Of a stretch of DNA of 64,000 nt, positions 59,184-64,000 are shown piece after piece; the stretch's first letter is position 1, and each line of letters starts with the position of its first letter. The position numbers were made by a program, and so were the translations under genes. Below the pieces are notes generated by a model. It was not told the DNA's origin. It did not search any database and worked only from the letters and a program-made list of their open reading frames with translations. Origin of the DNA: Leptospiraceae bacterium (GTDB lineage Bacteria > Spirochaetota > Leptospiria > Leptospirales > Leptonemataceae); assembly GCA_040217195.1 (NCBI GenBank), contig JAVJNR010000003.1:448001-512000 (forward strand), in the 5' to 3' direction.

Positions 59184-59843
59184 ATGAAAGCCAGGCATCT
59201 AATTCTTACATCCGGTTCAGCCCTGCTTCTGGGCTTCAGTTTCTTTCTATGTTCCGGCCCTTCCTCAGACGCCGCGCCGGAAGATGCACGAATAACTAAG
59301 TTGCAGAATGTAAGCTTTGATCCGGAACAGCTGCGGCATGGTGACCTGGTCTTCAGAAATGGAAACAGCTTTATGAGTGATCGAATTGTTGCTCTTTCCC
59401 CGGAGAAAGTCAACCTGAGCCATGTAGGGATTTTAGTTCAAGAGTCCAATCGATTGTACGTGATTCACATTGTTGGCGATCACTTCGCAAACTATGTCAG
59501 AAAGGAAAGCCTGAAAAGCTTTGTAGAGAATACTCGGCCCGACCATTTCTGCGTTACCAGATATAATGGATCCACCGAAACTCGAAATGCAATTGCCTCT
59601 GCTGCGTTGACCTACCATAGAGAAAAAAGAGGATTCGATTACGATATGACTCTGGAGTCCGCCGATGAGCTCTTCTGCACCGAACTTGCCTGGAGAGCTG
59701 TTCTGGATGCTACGGGTAAGGACATTTCGCCCAGGAAGGTACCCTGGCGTGGAAAGACATTAATCGGATTTCTGCCATTTTTCAAACGACCAAATTTCGA
59801 ACCGGTTTATATGGAAAAGAACTGTCCTGAATTCCAGAATTAA
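59184..59843 (+). CDS. YiiX/YebB-like permuted papain-like NlpC/P60 hydrolase, exported
   Basis: GDLVFR, SHVGI (His) before FDY....LFCTEL (Cys); signal peptide with possible lipid-anchor Cys. Confidence 0.88.
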   Translation: MKARHLILTSGSALLLGFSFFLCSGPSSDAAPEDARITKLQNVSFDPEQLRHGDLVFRNGNSFMSDRIVALSPEKVNLSHVGILVQESNRLYVIHIVGDHFANYVRKESLKSFVENTRPDHFCVTRYNGSTETRNAIASAALTYHREKRGFDYDMTLESADELFCTELAWRAVLDATGKDISPRKVPWRGKTLIGFLPFFKRPNFEPVYMEKNCPEFQN

Positions 59844-60019
59844 CTCTGTCCTGAATGGTTCTTGTTTCTGGAAAATCTCAACTTGAAAATCCGGTCCTTT
59901 CAACCTTGCCTGGCAAACCTTACTGGTCCGATCTATTTGCGCCTGGTTCAAGGCTCTAACGGAAGTGAGTCTTTCTATGGATTCTCAATGGATCCATCCG
60001 GGCCTTTAAGAATTCTTAT

Positions 60020-60505
60020 TCAGGCCATATGGCCAAATTTCTTGAGTAATGCCTGGCTTACTTCAGGTGGAGCATATTCGGAAAGACTCTTACCGTACCG
60101 GGCCACTTCCTTGATAATGGTACTTGAGATAAAAGAGTACTTTTGCGATGCCAGAAGGAATACAGTATCTACATTTGGATTCAGCTGTCGATTTACTTGA
60201 TAGATTGCATATTCGTAGTCAAAGTCGGTCACAGCCCGAATCCCCCTTACAATAGCTGTAGCATTAACGTTTCGAGCAAAATCGGTAAGTAAGCCTTCGA
60301 ATGTTACGACTTCCACATCCTTGCGATCTTTTAAAACTTCCTGAGTGAGGGACCGACGTTCTTCAAGGGAAAACAGAGTGCTCTTGGCAGAGTTGATTGC
60401 AATGGCAACGTATATCTTATCGAACATACAACGGGCCCTGTCCACAATGTCCAGATGTCCGAAAGTCATGGGATCAAAGGATCCCGGATATACAGCGGTT
60501 TTCAA
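60020..60505 (-). CDS. coaD: Phosphopantetheine adenylyltransferase
   Basis: YPGSFDP.T.GH, RGIR..DFDYE, ISST. Confidence 0.97.
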   Translation of the reverse strand: MKTAVYPGSFDPMTFGHLDIVDRARCMFDKIYVAIAINSAKSTLFSLEERRSLTQEVLKDRKDVEVVTFEGLLTDFARNVNATAIVRGIRAVTDFDYEYAIYQVNRQLNPNVDTVFLLASQKYSFISSTIIKEVARYGKSLSEYAPPEVSQALLKKFGHMA

Positions 60506-61878
60506 GTTTTCCCCCTTCGACGTAGTTCCTCCGTTACTCTATCTTCATCGGCATTCATCGTAAAGACAATTCCCAGCCATACAAGACCGCAAACGATCCA
60601 CATGCTGATGGCCACATTATAGGCGATCAGAGCAGGCATTGCCAGGATAAACAGTCCTACAATAAAGGGGCCCACACCCTTTCCCAGATCATCTGCCAGG
60701 TTGAAAACTCCGAACACAGCGCCCCGATTCTCAGGCAGGTTTGTATTGATTAGAATGGCTCGTACATTGGCTCCAGTCATGGGAACAATCAATCCGCCAA
60801 TCAATGCGAAAACGAATGCTGGCCACAACTCAGTTCCATCGTAATTGATCAGAAAGAATACAGGGACCGCACCCAGCATGACCGTAAAAGCGCAAAATGC
60901 CGGGAACCATTGCCTATTGATAGCATATAGCTTCTTGCCTATGAATCCTCCCAGAAATGCACCCAGAATGGACATGCCGGCAAATAGAGTAACAATGGTA
61001 TAACCTGTATCAACATCCCATCCTCTTTCTATTTCAAAGAAGTCCACGGCATAGACGAACAGAAATCCCCAGGGAACAGTTCCAGGAATTCCCTGCAGGA
61101 AAGCTAAGATATTCGTCCTGGTGCGAAAGACCCTTTTGAATGATTCCGCAGTAACCGGAGCTTCCTCAGCCACTACAACATCCACACCAGCCCCTCCTTC
61201 TGACAGAGCCAGGGCATCCGCCGCTCCATGCTCGGGAATCTTTGCAAAGAAATAGAACAGAGCAGCAATAGGAAAAGCAGGCACAGCCACGGCTATGAAA
61301 CTAAAGCGCCAGCCATCCAGTCCAAAAATCACATCGTGAGCAACCACGCCACCGAAGACCTGGCCAACTCCCATGCCCAGACTCATTGCGAGTCCCACCC
61401 AGGCGCTGGCCGTGGGCCGATTTTCAGTGCGAAACAAATCTCCGGTAATGGAAAACAAAATTGGAAAAATGCCACCAATCCCAAATCCGGTTAGCATCCT
61501 TAATACAAAGTAAGTCCAGTAATCCTGGGCAAATCCAGTAAGCAAACAGGGCAACTCACCCAGAACCACAGCCGTAACTAGAAGCTTCCGGCGATCCATG
61601 CTATCCGACAATCGGCCATAAATCACCGATACCACTCCGCCCAGAACAAAGAAAGGCAATGTTACAAGACCACCCAGGAGGAATCGATATTCCTTTTCAT
61701 CGGTCATGCCGAAGGCTGCTGCAATGCGCGACAGGTTGGCCGCCGGCAGGTTCTGATCGGCAAACAGGAAAAAGGCTGAAAGCAGCATGATCCAGAAGGT
61801 GAAGTGAATGGAGGCAGGCTGCCCTTTCAAATCTCCCAGACCAATCATTCGAAGGATAGAGAATCGTTCCCTGGACAT
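60502..61878 (-). CDS. MFS transporter (Spinster-like)
   Basis: 12 TM; G.LSD..DRRK motif A; R.LTG.G. Confidence 0.9.
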   Translation of the reverse strand: MSRERFSILRMIGLGDLKGQPASIHFTFWIMLLSAFFLFADQNLPAANLSRIAAAFGMTDEKEYRFLLGGLVTLPFFVLGGVVSVIYGRLSDSMDRRKLLVTAVVLGELPCLLTGFAQDYWTYFVLRMLTGFGIGGIFPILFSITGDLFRTENRPTASAWVGLAMSLGMGVGQVFGGVVAHDVIFGLDGWRFSFIAVAVPAFPIAALFYFFAKIPEHGAADALALSEGGAGVDVVVAEEAPVTAESFKRVFRTRTNILAFLQGIPGTVPWGFLFVYAVDFFEIERGWDVDTGYTIVTLFAGMSILGAFLGGFIGKKLYAINRQWFPAFCAFTVMLGAVPVFFLINYDGTELWPAFVFALIGGLIVPMTGANVRAILINTNLPENRGAVFGVFNLADDLGKGVGPFIVGLFILAMPALIAYNVAISMWIVCGLVWLGIVFTMNADEDRVTEELRRRGKT

Positions 61879-61960
61879 ATAGGCCAGAAGGCGCCCAGGA
61901 CCCGGGCCTGGGCAAACAAAAAACGGTTGATGCCATGTAAAAAGGCCTCTTACTGGAAAG

Positions 61961-62884
61961 GTGCGCTATCCAGTAACCACGCCTCCCGAGCCACCGGAAT
62001 GGATGAAGGTGCGGCTCAAATTCGATACACCGGCAGAAAGTAAGTCCAGAGAGGTAAAAAACCTTGTGGAGGGCAGCCAACTGAAGACCGTTTGCGAAGA
62101 AGCCTCCTGCCCGAACCTGGGGCATTGCTGGGGACTGGGCACCGCAACATTTCTGGTAATGGGCGAAGTATGCACTCGGCGGTGCGGATTCTGCGATATT
62201 AACACAGCCCGACCATTTGCCCTGGATCCAACTGAGCCAGACCGGCTGGCAAATACTATCCAGGAAATGAAGCTCAAACATACAGTGATTACATCCGTGG
62301 ATCGAGACGATCTAAAGGATTGCGGTAGCTATCATTTCGCACGATGCATTACGGCCACCAGAGATAAAAGTCCTGATACCTCGATTGAAGTATTGATTCC
62401 TGATTTTAAAGGCAAAGATGAGAACCTGCAACGCATCTGGGATGCTAAACCAGACATCATAAATCATAATGTGGAAACGGTACCTTCCCTGTTCCCGACC
62501 ATCTGTCCACAGTCCAACTATCAGGTTTCTCTGGATGTGATTCGAAAAAGCGCTGAAAGGGGATTTCTGACAAAAAGCGGAATTATCCTGGGCCTGGGAG
62601 AATCAGTGGAGGAAGTTAAACAGGTGTTGCGGGATCTACATGAAAATCAGACTCATCTGGTGACCATCGGTCAATATATGCAGCCCACCAGGGAACATGC
62701 TCCTCTGGCCGAATATGCACCTGTGTCCAGATTCAAGGAATTGAAGGATTATGCCTATGAGCTGGGCTTTCTTTATGTGGAATCCGGTCCGCTGGTCCGA
62801 TCTTCATACCATGCCGGAGATGCGCTGGATGCACTTCTGAAAAAGCATGGAAATTCAGCGATGGTCCGAAACAGTCGATCCTGA
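61961..62884 (+). CDS. lipA: Lipoyl synthase
   Basis: CEEASCPNLGHC, CTRRCGFC, VRSSYHA. Confidence 0.97.
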   Translation: MRYPVTTPPEPPEWMKVRLKFDTPAESKSREVKNLVEGSQLKTVCEEASCPNLGHCWGLGTATFLVMGEVCTRRCGFCDINTARPFALDPTEPDRLANTIQEMKLKHTVITSVDRDDLKDCGSYHFARCITATRDKSPDTSIEVLIPDFKGKDENLQRIWDAKPDIINHNVETVPSLFPTICPQSNYQVSLDVIRKSAERGFLTKSGIILGLGESVEEVKQVLRDLHENQTHLVTIGQYMQPTREHAPLAEYAPVSRFKELKDYAYELGFLYVESGPLVRSSYHAGDALDALLKKHGNSAMVRNSRS

Positions 62885-62980
62885 AAGTTCTGAAAAAAAC
62901 CGGAACCTGACTTGTTATTCTATAGAAGGAATCGTCCTATTTTGAGAAGGTATCCCCGGGATGGGACGGGAGACGGAATC

Positions 62981-63589
62981 ATGAAATCTATTGGAACAAT
63001 CCTGCTGACTCTAATCCTGGCCCTTTTTGCCACGGCAAACTGTCAGAACTCCGATGACAGTGAAACGGACTGGGCCACAACCATTACAACCCTGGGAAAT
63101 TTTTCGGATAACGGGGATGGCACAGTTACCCAGGGAAACCTGATCTGGATGAAATGCGCCCAGGGGCAGGTCTGGGACTCTGGTGTCAATGCCTGTAGCG
63201 GCACAGGAGCCGGTACTACCTATGGGGCGGTGAGTCTGAACTATTGCGAAACCGCTACCCTGGATGCAGGCGGTACCTGTACCAATGCGGCCACTCTGGA
63301 GTCGGATTCTGGACCAGCTTTTACCTCCTGTGCAGATCTGAGCTTTGCAGGATTTACAGACTGGAGATTACCCACAAGGTATGAACTGGATCTTGTAGCA
63401 GAAGGTTTTGATCGTGAAACCTTCCTCTATGTTTTTCCTCAAACTCCGGACGATAAGTATTTCTGGTCCGGCAGCCAGGTGGAAGATGATACAGGAACAG
63501 CCTACACGGTTAGCTTCGCAAAAAACACTTTTGGAAATCTGCAAAGCAGTAGCAAGAGTTCTGTAAAATACGTACGCTGTGTGCGATGA
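62981..63589 (+). CDS. DUF1566 (Lcl C-terminal, CLec-like) lipoprotein
   Basis: TANC lipobox; DNGDGTV, L.W.KC..GQ, DWRLP...EL, YFWS, VRCVR. Confidence 0.88.
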   Translation: MKSIGTILLTLILALFATANCQNSDDSETDWATTITTLGNFSDNGDGTVTQGNLIWMKCAQGQVWDSGVNACSGTGAGTTYGAVSLNYCETATLDAGGTCTNAATLESDSGPAFTSCADLSFAGFTDWRLPTRYELDLVAEGFDRETFLYVFPQTPDDKYFWSGSQVEDDTGTAYTVSFAKNTFGNLQSSSKSSVKYVRCVR

Positions 63590-63876
63590 GTCTACCCGAC
63601 AAACGGGCCGTTTCCCTGATTCTATTTCAATATCTGTCTCTACAGCTTTCCCAGTTGGAAGATCTGGATGAAGCCTCGGCTCGCACACTGATCTACAAAG
63701 GACTTTCCCTGATACCCGGGCTGAGCCTGGATACTGAGCAGCAGGATGCAGATACAATTCAACTGCGCTTCGACCAGGATCCCAAACAGCAAGAAATTCC
63801 CTTTTCCATGAGGGATGCCATTGACTCCCTGATGGTACTCTGGAGAGATTACAGCAGACTCCAAAACCGGTCTTAG
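63586..63876 (+). CDS. Hypothetical protein
   Basis: 96 aa; ATGA overlap with the upstream gene. Confidence 0.6.
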   Translation: MSLPDKRAVSLILFQYLSLQLSQLEDLDEASARTLIYKGLSLIPGLSLDTEQQDADTIQLRFDQDPKQQEIPFSMRDAIDSLMVLWRDYSRLQNRS

Positions 63877-63890
63877 TACGGGGGCCTCCG

Positions 63891-64000
63891 TTGAAGCTTG
63901 CATTAAAAAAGAAAACCCTGACCTATATTACGATTCTTGTTTCCATTCTGGTCACCGCAGGTATCTGGATCGGGATTTCCATAACCAGGGAACTTCCCTC
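63891..64000 (+). CDS. 5' fragment of a membrane-anchored protein, truncated by window
   Basis: TTG start; KKKTLTYITILVSILVTAGIWIGISITRELP, basic stretch then TM. Confidence 0.45.
   Translation, partial: MKLALKKKTLTYITILVSILVTAGIWIGISITRELP

Noticed and set aside
62981..63589. DUF1566 gene as a diversity-generating retroelement target
   Set aside because: No reverse transcriptase and no template repeat of its 3' end seen in the window; one could lie outside it
1..64000. CRISPR array, IS or transposase, prophage, tRNA or rRNA, stop-codon recoding
   Set aside because: No spaced repeats, recombinase motifs or RNA gene signatures seen; conserved genes translate intact with the standard code

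Overview
Mostly core chromosome of a Leptospiraceae-like spirochaete. The assignment is inferred from gene order, protein style and many lipoproteins. A long minus-strand block runs typA, RsbW-like, lipoate ligase, glyA, infC-rpmI-rplT, zapB-zapA, 5-FTHF cyclo-ligase, cheW-cheA(+CheC)-cheB-cheY, scpA-scpB, pheA-tyrA, a TetR-controlled accessory cassette, cmk-rpsA-TPR-hisG, Zn-PLC-family and DCC. The left part holds trpS, comEC, rsmA, SixA, GH15, hemF, Sua5, an M16 peptidase and envelope genes. The right part holds lipoproteins, coaD and lipA. I found no integrase, transposase, CRISPR array, tRNA or rRNA. Signals the ORF track misses: (1) a 183-nt 6S RNA that appears antisense to its usual neighbours zapA and ygfA; (2) a 4-oxalocrotonate tautomerase pseudogene whose missing ATG sits 1.59 kb away, in a second copy of a palindromic repeat that brackets a TolB-like cassette; (3) a detox-type cassette where aroA usually sits between tyrA and cmk; (4) a probable non-canonical tyrA start codon; (5) five DUF4878-like C-x8-C domains in three tandem lipoproteins beside a permuted NlpC/P60 enzyme; (6) a CheA kinase fused to a CheC phosphatase; (7) a ZapB-like protein with a long acidic tail of repeated motifs. 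All family calls are motif recognition by eye; no searches were run.
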